Positions 13,133-26,362 of a DNA stretch of 64,000 nt are shown here, piece after piece. This stretch comes from Malacoraja senta (taxonomy: Eukaryota), in the NCBI GenBank assembly GCA_038087875.1, contig CM075994.1, positions 2,916,001 through 2,980,000 of the forward strand. Direction: 5' to 3'. The translations under genes were made by a program, and so were the position numbers. The notes beneath the pieces were generated by a model that saw nothing but the letters and a program-made list of their open reading frames with translations, was not told the origin of the DNA and searched no databases. How positions within the stretch are numbered: position 1 is the stretch's first letter; every line of letters begins with the position of its first letter.

Positions 13133-16100
13133 TCCCATTCCTTCTCTCCAGAGATGCTGCCTGTCCTGCTGAGTTACTCGGGCTTTTTTTGGTCTATCTT
13201 CGGCTTTCCATTGTAAAATCGATCTGGGAGTTTATACGGGTAAGTTGAGGCGAGAAAGTCAAGAAGTTATGGAGAATGGAATGCTGAATTTTTTATTTTA
13301 AAACTGTGTGCCAAAGAGAAAACAAACACAGCAGGCAAGAACGACTCGGGTTTCTATTTAATCCATCAACTATATTCAGAAACAAATACAGAGAGAGTAC
13401 TTGTCTCTCTCGCCGTCTACATTCAGCATCCTACGCTCGCTCTCCACCTATGCCCCCAAGGTCTGAGTTTCACTGTTTTCTTGTCTATGTGCCCGACTAT
13501 CTGGGTATAATCACAAGAAGCACCTTACAATGTTATCTCCATTGCTCAATGTTCCGAGTCATAAAAAAGTCTCAACTTTGAAACAGATTGTACTTGGTAA
13601 CGTGTTCAGCCCAACTGACACAAGGAAAAGCGAGGCTGCATCGCAATGCCGCCAACTTCACGCGGATTTATCGTTAGATTTGTAAGAAAAATCAAACTTG
13701 GTGGGTTTAGATCCGTGAAGAGTATTTGTTTATTTTTTAGAGATGTGCAGTGGAGGAGGGGGGAAGGAAGGGGTGATAGTGCGCTCGATACACTTCATAG
13801 ACGACTGGCTGGTAGCTTCGTTGACGATTGATATCAATACTAATTCAAAATAAATTGTTCCGTTTCCATCTGGAATAAACCCAGGCATTTCCCTCCAGGG
13901 AAAACGGTAATTTGCATTACGATAAGAACTATCATTGAGTATTGTTACCAGAGAAACAAGTTTGCAAATGAATATAATTTATCTGAATTATTAAGAGATC
14001 GTACGACACGGGAATCTCGCGTACTCTCGCAGCGGCTGTTTTCCGATTCAAATGACGGCCAAGTGGGACAGGCCCTTAAGTGTCCTTGTAACAATCAAGC
14101 TTCCCTCTTCTGCCCATGCAGTCTGAAGAAAGGTCCCGACCCGAAACTTCGCCTGTCCATTCGCTCTGCAGATGCTGCCTGACCCTCTGAGTTCCTCTAG
14201 CACTTTGTGCTTTGCTCAAAATTCCAGTATCTGCAGTTCCTTGTGTCTCTCTTGCAATATTTCGATTAGTTAGAACGCGGTCCTGACTTCCCGTCTGCCT
14301 CATTGGCGACCTTTGAACTATATTTAATCGGACTTTATCGGACTTCAATGTTATACCTTGAATGTCATATCCTTTATCTGTGTACTGCAGACGGTTTGAT
14401 AGTATTCATGAATGGTGTTTCCTTTGGAAAGCACGCAAACAAAAGCTTTTCCCTGTACCTCGGTACACTGGGCAATAATAAACTAAACCAAACTTTTAGT
14501 TTTCGACTTATTTCCAAATGAAGCAAAAATCTTGAACGAATAGTGAAAAATAATTTCTGGTAAAACATTATTAATCAACTGAAGATTCGTATCTTTAAGA
14601 ACAGATATTATATTTGGCGACATTTCGTGGCCTAAACACTGAGAAAATGTGACCCACGCCTTCCTACTTTTGTCTCTAAATCCCAATATCAGCGATAATT
14701 TACTTTACGCAAATCAGAAATAAATTGTTTCTCACCGACCGTTTCTTCCTTGTTGTATTTGGAAATGCAGTTATATCCCAAAGAATCTTTCCAAAGGCAT
14801 ATTACATTGACAGAATCACAAATAGTTGATAGTTTAGTATATTGTCTCGTGTGTGATTATGAGCAGTGAAACTTTTTTGTTGCGTGCTCACCAGTCAGCG
14901 GAAATACTATACCTGATTCCAATCAAGCCACCCACGTTGTGCAGATACAGGATAAATTGTATAACGTTTAATGCAAGATAAAGTCCAGTAAAGTCTGATA
15001 AAAGATAGAACGAGGGTCTCCAATGAGGTAGATGGGAGGTCAGGACTACTCTATAGTTGGTGATAGGATGGTTCAGTTGCTCGATAACAGCTGGGAAGAA
15101 TCTGTCACTGAATCTGGAGCTGTGCGTTCTCAGAGTTACAGAGTGGTTGCTGGACGGAAGGAAATCCCGTGGGGATTGAACAAGTGGGTTGTGGAGAGGA
15201 TGGTTCATTGAGGGAGAATTTTAAACCAGGGGTCTCTGTTTAGAAATAAGGGGTAATCTATTTAGGAAGGATGGGGCGATTTGGTGAAATACAGAGTTGA
15301 CGTTAACTACAGAGTTGCCTTCATTTTATCGAATGGAAGAACGGGCTCGAGGGTCCTAATTCATAAGCAGAAACATAGTTCTTTCACAGGGAACTTTATC
15401 AAACAAAGAAGTAAGACTTGACGCCACGAGATGTTAGGGGAAGTGATCGGAATTTGTCGAAGTAGTAGGATTTTTTAATAGTCTTAAAGTTAGCAAGCGA
15501 GGTCGCTTCCGTGTTTTTTTTTTATTGCTTTCATTGGATTTTTTGATGCACTAAACCCAATGGATTTCAAACACACACAAAGAAAGATGGAGACACACGG
15601 GAAACTGCAGGTGCAGATGACGATGGGTCCCGAACTGTAACCTTCTTGCCCTCCAGAGATACTGCCTGCCTCGCTGAGTTACTCCAGCACTTTGTGCCTT
15701 TTTTTTGTCAACCAGCATCTGTAGTTCCTTGTGTTTGCAATTGCTGAAGTTAGTGTGGAAATAACACAAAGTGCTGGAGTAACTTAGCGGGTCAGGCAGC
15801 ATATCTGAAGAACATGGACTGGTGACGTTTCTGATCAGGATCCAAGAAAGGTCCCGACCCGGAAAGTCGCCATCCGTGTCCCCCAGAGCCAGGGATGCTG
15901 CAGGGCCCACTGAGATACTCCAGCACTTTGTTTTCTACACACAAAGAAAGGTTTGTTAAGAACTATTGGTTCCTGGGAATTTTATAACACATAAATCGGT
16001 AACCTGATTGCAAGGTTCAATTTCAATTATGTGAAATCTGGAATAGAAAATCTCGCTTCGGCTGAATTAGATGCGAAGGTTGGCTTAATTCCCCATCCCA

Positions 16101-18994
16101 ACCCTCCTGCCTGCTTGTCCGTACATTAATAGTCATCCCACTTGGATATTGAACAAACGCGTTGCTGAGGCGTTATAAATATCATAATAAGGGCACATTA
16201 TGTGCAGTTTATTGCCGTAGATACGTCCTTATATCATGAACTCCACGGAAACAATTCAGCCCACACAAGGCCAGGTTTTGAGATAATTCAGGCGCTAAGC
16301 AACATCGTATTTCAAATTATAGACAGTGGGCGGGGGGGGGGGTGCATTTGGAGCTACAGCCTCATTGTGCTTGTTGCAACTATATCATATCCACAACCGT
16401 ATTTTAAATGATATATTAGGCGCGACGCATTCAGTTCTTACAAGTACTTGCATATTTCTCTGGGACTGCGTCATGATTTTAAATAGGAAATGGATTAGGC
16501 TATTCAACCCCTTATACTTTGTTCAGCTAAAAAAAACTAAGATAAATAATCATCGCGATACCGTTTGTACGATTATGATTTAAAATGAAGTGATGGGAGA
16601 AATATCAGCAGCACTCCAATTTAAGTGAAATTTCATTTGATTAAGTACATTTTAAGAAGTCGACAAGTGTGCGATATAGATAGAACAGTGTGTATCATTT
16701 GATTTGTATCATGCCCCACTCATTCTTTCCGTCTTAACTCGATAATTTCTGAGTTGATTACCTTGTTGGAGATCGGTGGTGGTACTGGTTTTGTGCGGGA
16801 TTACTATTGTCATGAGATACGGTGAAAACCATTTGTTTAGCGTGCTGCCCCGACAGATCATACCATACATGAACACAATTATGACACACATGAGTCTAAC
16901 AGGTTAAAAAATTAAACAGAGTGCAGAATATAGTGTTACCCTCAAACTCTCGATTCCACATCCTGTGTTCTTTCCGTAGCTCCGTAGAAAATATGTTTGA
17001 ATTAACATATATTTAAACTATAACGTTGTACAATACCTGAATATCGCCCACTCACTATTTGGAATCCGAAGAAAGACTCGCAGTTGTGTCCACAACACCT
17101 AGCGTTGAAGTGCCTTCAACTAGTTGGACTGATCAATCTTCCCAATAAACTTGACAGTAGCTTTGTCACCCCCCGAGTATTGCATTCCATGGATTATATG
17201 AGCCACAATGGATTATTAAAGGAAACCAATGAAAAGTTAGTAAATACAGTGTAATTTTGTGCTACAAATATAACAATGCGTATTGTGACTATACACGAAA
17301 GCATTTGACGAAACACTTGGATATAGCAATTGTAAATATAGAAATAATAGTAGATATGTCAGACATAAATGTTAGACTAATGCTGGAAGGTTAGACTATC
17401 TTTAATCGTACTTTACTGGGCTTTATCATGTATCTGTACACTGTGGATGGCTCGATTGTAATCATGTATAGTCTGTCCGCTGACTGGCTAGCACGAAACA
17501 AAAAAAGGCTTTTCACTGTACCTCGGTACACGTGAAACTAAATTAAACTAAACTAAAGATATTGAATGACACCCAGCATCTATATGCAGTATTGTGGGAT
17601 AAATAAGAACGGTACTGAAAATTATAGTTCCAGTGGTTATTTTTTATAATTAAATATAAAATGTTGTCATTTAGTCCGAGTCTCCCCATCGTAGTAATTT
17701 AGTGAGTTATTTGAGCATTTGACGTGTATGGAACACAATGTAGTCTCCTGTGAAGGAATCCATTGATGAAAGATAAGGAACTAAATAAGGACAATGCATT
17801 GTACCCGCATTTCCTTCTATACTCGACGTGGACAAGAACAAGGGCGGCACAGTGGTGCAGCTGGTAGAGCTGCTGCCTCACAGGTTCGATCCTGACCTCG
17901 GGTCCCGTCTGTGTGGAGTTTGCATGTTCTCCCTGTGACCACATCCAAAAAACGTGCAGGTTTGTACGTTAATTGGCCTTTATAAATTGACCCTAGTGTG
18001 GAGAGAGTGGATGAGAAAGTGGGATAACATAGAACAAATGTGAGTGGTTGATCAATGGTCGGCGTGGACTCGGTATACCTGTTTCCACGCTGTATCTCAG
18101 AAAAAGAACAAAACACGACGTTCGAATACATTGCAAATCAGCGGCTCAATCGAATGCTATACCCGCTACAAGTAATTCCTAGACGGAACATTTTGTGGTT
18201 TATAACTACTAACAAGAACCACAAGATTACATTTCTGACTGAAGCCCACAACTGAATATTTATTTTGTTGGAATGAACTGCAGATGCTGGTTTACACCGA
18301 AGATAGACATAAAATGCTGGTGTAACTCAGTTGGTCAGGCAGCATCTCTAGAGAAAATGAATAGGTGACATTTCGGTTCGAGAAGTCCGAAGAAGGGGCT
18401 CGACCCGAAACGTCACCCGTTCCTTCTCTCCAGAGGTGCTACCTGACCCTCTAATTCAGCTTTCCCAATAATCAATTCGAACTACTATAGGGAATACAAT
18501 ATTAGACGTGTTAGCCATTAATATTAGACAAATATTAGAACATTCGACTATCTTTAATCGGACTTTATTAGACTTTATCTTGTACTAAACGTTATACCCT
18601 TTATCCTGTGCCTGTGCAGTGAGACGACTTGATTGTAATCATGTATAGTCTTTCCGCTGACTGGATAGCACGCAACAAAAAAAGCTTTACATTGTACCTC
18701 GGTACAAATGATAATAAATTAAATTAAACGACACAAAAATAATAGTGGAATATGGTTCTATATTCGAGACTGGTTGTCAGGCCGGTTGGGTCGATGCTGG
18801 AGCCGATAATAGGCCAAGTGGCGCCGGGGAAACAACATTAAACACGCAAAAGAATATGTTCACGTAATTCCAACACTTTATAAGCAGTGAGCGAAGATGC
18901 ATGAGATAATTTAACCATAAAATAAAAGCGATATCAAGTTTTATGGCTGTGATTACAATCAGATTGCTTCTAGTAATATGAAAGCATAAGATTT

Positions 18995-19285
18995 GGGGCG
19001 GCACGGTGGCGCAGCGGTAGAGTTGCTGCTTAACAGCGCCAGGGAACCAGGATCGATCCTCATCTCTGGTGCTGTCTGTACGGAGTTTGCACGTTCTCCC
19101 TGTGACCACGTGAGTTTTCTCAGGGTGCTCCGGTTTCCTTCCACACTCAAAAGACGTACAGGGTTGTAGTTTGATTGGCGGTTGATTTGCTTCGGTAAAA
19201 ATTCTGAATTGTCCCTGGATAGTACCAGTGTACATGGTGATCGGTGGGCCGAATGGGCTGCCTCCGCGCTGTATTTCTAAACTAG
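18995..19285 (+). mobile_element. tRNA-derived V-SINE (HE1-like), representative copy
   Basis: A box TGGCGCAGCGG at 19007, B-box-like GGATCGATCC near 19050, central ggagtttgcacgttctccctgtgacc...gtgctccggtttcc domain, CR1-like tail gggccgaa...gctgtatttctaaact. Confidence 0.85.
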
Positions 19286-20879
19286 TTCGGTTGTTTTTAA
19301 TATTTTAGTGTTCTCTTGGATATGCTCTGCGGGTAAAGCTACATTCTCTGCATCTATTGTGTCTATTTCACCCGAGATCAGGACGTGCGGGGCTGTGTAT
19401 TAACTGGCTTCTGTAATGTGCGGGATAGAACTAGTGCGCGGGTGATCGATCATTCAAGGTGTGAGCCGATGTGCCTGATTCTCTAAACCGAACTAAACTC
19501 AGTGGTCATGATGAAATTTTGAAGAAGGGTCCCGACTCGAAACGTTACCTATCCGTGCTCTCCAGACATGCTGCCTGGCCCGCGGAATTACTCTAGCATA
19601 TTGTGTCTTTTTCCCTGTTGGCAAAAGACCAGTTTCCTTGCTGTACGAGTCCTTAAAAAAAAATTTTTTTTTGAACAGGGACAGTGCATATTGATAAACA
19701 TTTACATGTAAATATGCAAGATTATAGCCAGTAGCTAATTTCCATCTTTAGTCCCTTTGGCAGGTTGATGATAAATAAACAAGTGGCTGAGGGCAACGGA
19801 GGCCATCGCCCGTTCCTTGACTCCATGGTTAGGAACCTTAACTTTTAGACCGACTGTCTACAATTAACCAACAGACTTTTAAACAGCGGAGGTAATGGAT
19901 TTTGTTGTCCGGCAAAACTGCTGAATCGACCAGTCCGAGGAACGGACCCGACCTGAAACGTCGCCTATCCATGTCCTCCAGAAATGCTGCCTGACCCGCG
20001 GAGTTACTCCAGCACTTTGTGTTTACTTAGTACAACGTTGTCAGAGAGTAGGTTCGTGTTTACCGAACAGGTACAGCCTCAGTACCTCTTACTCTTCATT
20101 GGTAGGAACAAATGAAAATTTAGGAGTGAGGGCATGGGCGGCACACTGGCGCCGCTGGCAGACCTGTTGCCTCGCAGCCCCAGAGACCCTGACCCCGAGT
20201 GCTGCCCGTGTGGAGTTTGTACGTTCTCCCTGAGACCGCATGGGTTTTCTCCCTTATCACAAAGACGCGTGGATTTGTAGGTTAATTTGGCCGCGGTAAA
20301 TTGCCCCTGGTTTAGAGGGAGTGCATGAGAAAGAGGGATGATGTAGAACAAGTGTGAACGGGAGATCGGTGGTCAGCACGGACTCGGTGGACCGAAGGGC
20401 ATGTTTCCATGTTGTACTTTTAAACTAAACTTCAGCCGCTGTTCACCTCGCTTTTACTGACCCCGAGATAACATGAAAAAAAACCCTACAAATACACAAC
20501 AGGCCAGGCGGCAGATGTGGAGAAATAGAATTGACGTTTCAGGTAAATGTATCTGCATCAGGGCCACAACCTCAGATTAAAAGGCCGTACCTTTAGAAAG
20601 CAGATGAGGAGGAATTTCTTTAGTCAGAATATGGTGAATCTGTAGAATTAATTGCTACAGGTGGCTGTGGAGGTCAAGTCAATGTTTTAGGCAGAGATTT
20701 GCAGATTCTTGATTAGTACGGGTGTCAGGTCTCACTCCCCAGGGAGGAGAATGGGGTTGAGAGGAGAAGAAATTTCAGCCATGATTGAATGGCTGAGTAG
20801 ACTTGATGGGCCGAATGGCCGAATTCTGCTCGTAGAACTTAAGTATTTATGAAGGGCCATTCTGACGTGGGGTGTTAAA

Positions 20880-21181
20880 GAAGGAACTGCAGATGCTGGA
20901 AAAACGAAGGTACACAAAAATGCTGGAGAAACTCAGCGGGTGCAGCAGCATCTATGGAGCGAAGGAAATAGGCAACGTTTCGGGCCGAAACCCTTCTTCA
21001 GACTGATAGGGGGTGGGGAGAAGAAAGGAAAAAAGGCGGAGGAGGAGCCCGAGGGCTAGGGGATGGGAGGAGACAACCAGAGGGCTGATGAAGGGGAGGG
21101 GACGGCAAGGGCTAGCAGAATTGGGAGAATTCGATGTTCATGCCCCCAGGATGTAGACTGCCCAAGCGGAATATGAGGTGC
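20880..21181 (-). mobile_element. Penelope 3' end: endonuclease C-terminus, pyrimidine linker, hammerhead and terminal repeat
   Basis: Minus strand encodes HLIFRLGSLHPGGMNIEFSQF, homologous to the ORF end at about 4270-4335, followed by the hammerhead and the gatgctgc...ctccagca...gcatctgcagttcc tail. Confidence 0.85.
20974..21001 (-). ncRNA. Minimal hammerhead ribozyme core, second subfamily
   Basis: Minus strand CTGAAGA-A-GGGT(TTCG)GCCC-GAAA-CG-TT; stem II is kept by a U.G wobble and closed by a UUCG loop. Confidence 0.7.
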
Positions 21182-22344
21182 ATTCGTGGGATCATCGATT
21201 TGAAACGTCAGCTCCGTGCCTCTCTCCACAGATGTTGCCAGACCTGCTGAGTGTCCCCAATGTTTTTGTTGTTTTGCTTTGCATTCAGATTTCTAACACT
21301 TTGTCGCTTCTATTTATTCTGTTGGTAGCCCGGCGGATTCGATGGGCCGAATGATCTAATCCTTTGCCATGAAAATTCAAAGCAAAAATCGGTTTAGAGT
21401 CACAGAGTTATACGGCACGGAAAGGGCCCAATTCGGCCCAATTCACCCATGCCTTCCTGACCTAGTTCCATTTACCTACGTTTGCCCCATATCCCTCTAA
21501 ATCTTTCCGACCTATGAACCTGCCCAAATGTATTTTAAATGTTGTCATTGCACCCTCCTCTACCACCCCCTGGAAGCTTGTTCCAAGTACCCACAACAAA
21601 AACTTGCCTTTCAGGTCCTCTTTAAATCTTTCCCCTCTCACCATAATCTATGTCCACTAGTTTTGACTCGATTACCCTGGGAATAAGACTGACAACCAAC
21701 CGAAGTTACACCTCTCATGTTTTATTTATACACTTCTACAAGGTCACTCTGAGTTTTCTTCACGTCCAGCCTAACCACTCTCTCCTGATAAATGCAAACC
21801 CGCCAGTCCCGGCAACGTCCTTGTTAAAAATATGTTTTACCCATCTCCTCTGTCTCAATGATGCCCTTCCTATAGAAAGGCGATCAGAACTCAGCGCACG
21901 ATATATTCCAGGAGCGTTCTCACCAAAGTCCTAAACAACTGTAAAACTTGAGGCGCCAACTCTTGTACGATTAACGCTGCTCCTCGGTTCTATATTTGCA
22001 AGTAAAGCGAAGCTTGGCAGAAATCAATGAGTTATTTATACCACTTGCTCTGACAGCATTAACCTCAAATTATTTTCAGAAACAAACCCTCTTGTTAAAA
22101 AAAAAGGCCGTCCTGCCCACGATGTTCCTTGTGTGGACCTTGAGTGTAGAATGCTTTAGGTGATCTCACTGTCACCCTGAATCTTAGCCACTTGGACTGC
22201 AACACCGTAATCATAATTGTTATTAATTTATTGATTTGAAATGTCCCTGCGCTCTTTTTATGCTTTCAGAGGCCGTTTGAAAAATCTCCAGCGCCGTGCA
22301 CGAGCAATCCGGTTATTTCTCAGCCATCATTTCATTTACTTGGA

Positions 22345-22545
22345 GAAACAAGGAATTGCAGATGTTGGTTTACAAAAATGGGCACAAAGTGCTGGAATAA
22401 TTTAGCGGGTCAGGCAGCATCTCTGGAGGACATGGATATGTGACGTTTCGGGTCTGAAGAAGGGTCTCGATCCGAAATATTGCCTATCCGTGTTCTCTTG
22501 AGATGCTGCCTGACTCGCAGGGTTACTCTAGCACTGTGTGCCGTT
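22345..22545. repeat. Fold-back (inverted) pair of Penelope terminal repeats
   Basis: Arm about 22381-22453 is the diverged reverse complement of about 22466-22542; the junction is gacgtttcgggtc|tgaagaagggtc. Confidence 0.8.
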
Positions 22546-25500
22546 TCTTTTCAATTACTGGTATCTTTGCTTTGCATTGGAGGGGGTGGGATGGTTGAGA
22601 TTCGATGCCAATTAAGCTAGTTATGAAAAGGGAAGCATTTTATATTGCTGAAGAAGTGTCTCGACCCGAAACGCCACCCATTCCTGTTCTATCTAGAGAT
22701 GCTGCCTGTCCCGCTGAGTTATTCCAGCATTCTGTGTCGGTATAAACCAGCATCTGCAGTTCCTTCTTGCATATTTTATATTAGGCTGTTCATGGAAGGG
22801 TAACACTTGGCGATTATTAAAGCGTTCGGCGAGAGAGTGGGATTGTTAATATTGCTAGCGGAGGACTAGAGATTCGTGTTTTAATAGTCTTGTTAAGAGA
22901 AGAGCTAGCAGCTATTTAATCACAAGGCACTGTTGATCTGATGATAGGAATCATGCAACGCAGCTATGAATCAGTCAAAACAAACAGCAATATATATTTG
23001 TAACATACAATCACGCATTGACCCGTGGATTTCCCGGAGCTGGTGTTTAGTTTACTCTACCCGCGGGTTACTTTACCCGTTCACATTAGTTCTATCTTAC
23101 AAATTAGGGTCAATTTGCAGAAGCCATTTAACCGACAAACCTGCACGCCTTTGGGATGTGAGAGGAAACCAGAGCACCAGGATCGGAAGCTGCTGTTTCA
23201 ACTGCAGTGGAAAAACTTCCATATAACATAGACGCTGCCTCACCCGTTGAATTACTCCAACATTTTGTGTCTTTCCACAGGGACAAGCCCTTTAGGCCAC
23301 AATGTCCGTGCTGAACACTATGCTAAGATAAACTGATTTCTGCTTGCACACAATCCATATCCCTCCATTCCATGCATATTCGTGTGCCTGTCTAAAAACC
23401 TCTTAAACGCCACTCTCCTATCTGCCTCTCTCCCACCACCCCTGGCAGCGCGTTGCCTACTCTGTGTAAAGAACGTGCCCCGCACATCTCCTTTAAACTT
23501 TGCCCCTCTCACCTTGAAGCCATGCCCTCTGCGGTTTGACATCTCCACCCGGGAATGCCTACTTCCAGCTGGGCTTTGCTGGGGCTCCCGTGGCTTTAAT
23601 GTGTTCTGGAAATCGAAATTGCTCAAGCAAGTTTCTTCAGTGTTTTTTAACGGTTGGTTAAATCCTTCCCTAGTATTGGGGTTAGGGACTTATCGCTCAG
23701 CCTGTCCAACTGTCCCACTATAAACAACTGAGACACATTCAGAGCCGTTCCATTCTGAGATGAAGAGGTTTAAAAAAATATTAATCCTCGATATATCAAG
23801 AGTTAAGAGTGTTTAATTGTCATATGTGTCAACAGCGGAACCATGACATTCTTACGCAACAGCCTTAAACATAAAAAAGGGGTATTTTAAGGCGTGACAG
23901 ATTATTTGACAGAATATTGATTAGTACGGGTGTTAGGAGATATGTGGAGAAGGCGGGGGAACGGGGTTGAGAGGGAAAGCAGGTCGCCATGATTGAATGG
24001 CCGAGTAGACATAATGGGCCCAATAGCCCAATTCTGCACCTATAGCCTTTGGACGTATGAACTTATGTAAACGCAATAGCACACACATAATATATAATAT
24101 TTGTTCTAAATACTCAATAAATTAATAATCATAATCCTAGTGCAAACAAAATGAAGTCATTAGTGCAACCATAGACACAGTCCATCGAAGTTCATAGTTG
24201 CTATGGTTAGTGATTTGTAGGAAGGAACGGCAGATGCTGGTTTATACCGAAGATAGACAGCGTGCCGGAGTAACTCAGCGGGTCAGGCAGCATCTCTGAA
24301 GAAAATGAATAGGTGACGTTTCGAGTCGGAATCCCTCTTCCTGGGTCGTGTTATGCAGCGCTCAAGAGCGTGATGGTTGTTGGGAAGAAGTTGTTCTTGG
24401 ACTTGCTGGTCTCTGTCTCTCTCCAGCCCAAGTATGAAGGTGTTGTCAACAATTAAGAGTCAACGGTGTTTGATTGTCACAAGTCTCGAAACGGGACAAT
24501 GAAATTCTTACTTGCAGCAGCACAATAGGTTTGTAAACACAGTGCTCAATAGATAATATCATGAACAATCAAAAAACTAAGTGCGGGGTCGGCGGGTTAT
24601 GGTTCAATATTTTCACTTCACTGGGGATTCACAGCCCTTGATTCCAACGCACGGAGCCACAAGGCCCACAGAGTTGATCTCGGTCTGTAAACCTACAGCA
24701 CCCTTCAGCGTGCACCAATGACTTTTGTTTTATTGTGCTAGCACTGTGTTATACTCCTCGAGCCATACAGCATGAAAACAGGCATTTCGGCCCAACTTGC
24801 CCACGCCGACCATTGTATCCCATCTACACTGGACAAGCCTGCCTGCGGTTGGCCCCGTATCTTTCTAACCCTTTTCTATCTGTGTCCACTTGTCCAATTG
24901 CCTTTTAAATGTTGTTATAGTACCTGCCTCAACTACCATCTCGGGCAGCTGGTTCCATAGACCCACTACCCTTTGTGTGAAAAAGCTGCCCCTCAGGATC
25001 TTATTAACCCCCCCCCCCCACCCCCTCTTCTCCTTAAACCTATGTTCTCTGGTTCTTGATTCCCCAACTCTGTGCATTTACCTGATCTACATGATTAATG
25101 GTTATTAATTTATTATTTTGTTTTGTTTATTATATATTACCTATGTGCTTTGTGTTTTCAGGCATGTTAAGTTTGCTGCAAGTAAGAATTTCATTGTTCC
25201 GTTGTCGGTACATCTGACATTTAAGCACATGTGACTATCTTGTAACCTAAGGGGCTTTAACGAGTATGTGAGCACAGTTCCCACAGGTTTGTTTTCAGTG
25301 TGTGGATCAACAGCTTCAACGCGCACCCCCCTGGCCCGAATCTCTTCCCGGCCCGTTTGACCAAACCACCCGCGAACTGTTTGAACAACAGCAAACCTTG
25401 CATTTGCCTCTGACGCTCCATATTTATCCTTATGTTGTGGACTCTCTCTTCTTGCAGGTGAATTCGGACCTGATTTCACTTTGTTTTACCTCATTAATCC

Positions 25501-26067
25501 TCTACTTACGTTGAAAAATTAACATCGTTAACAGATTCTTCAATCTGAGGAAAGGCCCCGACCCCAAACGTAATTGAAAGTCAAGAGTGTTTTGTTATAT
25601 TTCCCGATAGAACAATGAAATTCTTACTTGCAGCAGCACAACGGTATACGTAAACATAGCAAACTGTAAACAATATAATAAACGAGAGAGAGAAAAAACA
25701 GTGTGTGTATAGTAGACAGACAGGGCCTTTTTTTTAACCCCAGGATGGAAAAATCAAATACTTGAGGGCGTAGCTTTAAGGTGAGAGTAGCAAAGTTTAA
25801 GGGAGATGCGATCCCACTATCGTTTTGCCTCCACCACCACACCTGGAACCGCTGCCGGGTGTGATGGTGGAGACAAATACGATAGTGGCGTTTAAAATAC
25901 TTTTGGATCGGCATATGGATATGCACGAAATGGAGGGAAATGAGTTATGTGCACAAAGGGACACGGAGTGCTGGAGTAACTCAGCGGCACGGGGAGATAT
26001 GTGTTGGTCTTGGCATCATATTCAGTACAGACTTTGTGGGCCGAAGGGGATGTTCTTGTGCTGCTCT

Positions 26068-26362
26068 GTTCTATGTTCTCTGTTCCATTTCAACGTTATG
26101 TTCTATGTTCTGTTCCATGTTTGACGTTCTATGTTCTATGTTCCACGTTCCATGATCTATGATGTATGTTCTACGTTCTACGTTCTATGTTCTATATTCT
26201 ACGTTCTACGTTCTATGTTATATGTTCTATATTCTACGTTCTATGTTCTACTTCTACGTTCTACGTTCTATGTCCTACGTTCTATATTCTATGTTCTCCA
26301 TTCTATATTCTATTTTCTATGTTCTATGTTCTATGTTCTATGTTCCATATTCTATGTTCTAT
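26068..26362. repeat. 7-bp tandem repeat (TTCTATG/TTCTACG/TTCTATA)n
   Basis: About 40 imperfect units directly continuing a CR1 3' tail. Confidence 0.95.

Noticed and set aside
18995..19070. tRNA-like sequences with A and B boxes
   Set aside because: They are SINE heads continuing into the SINE body, with no intact cloverleaf.
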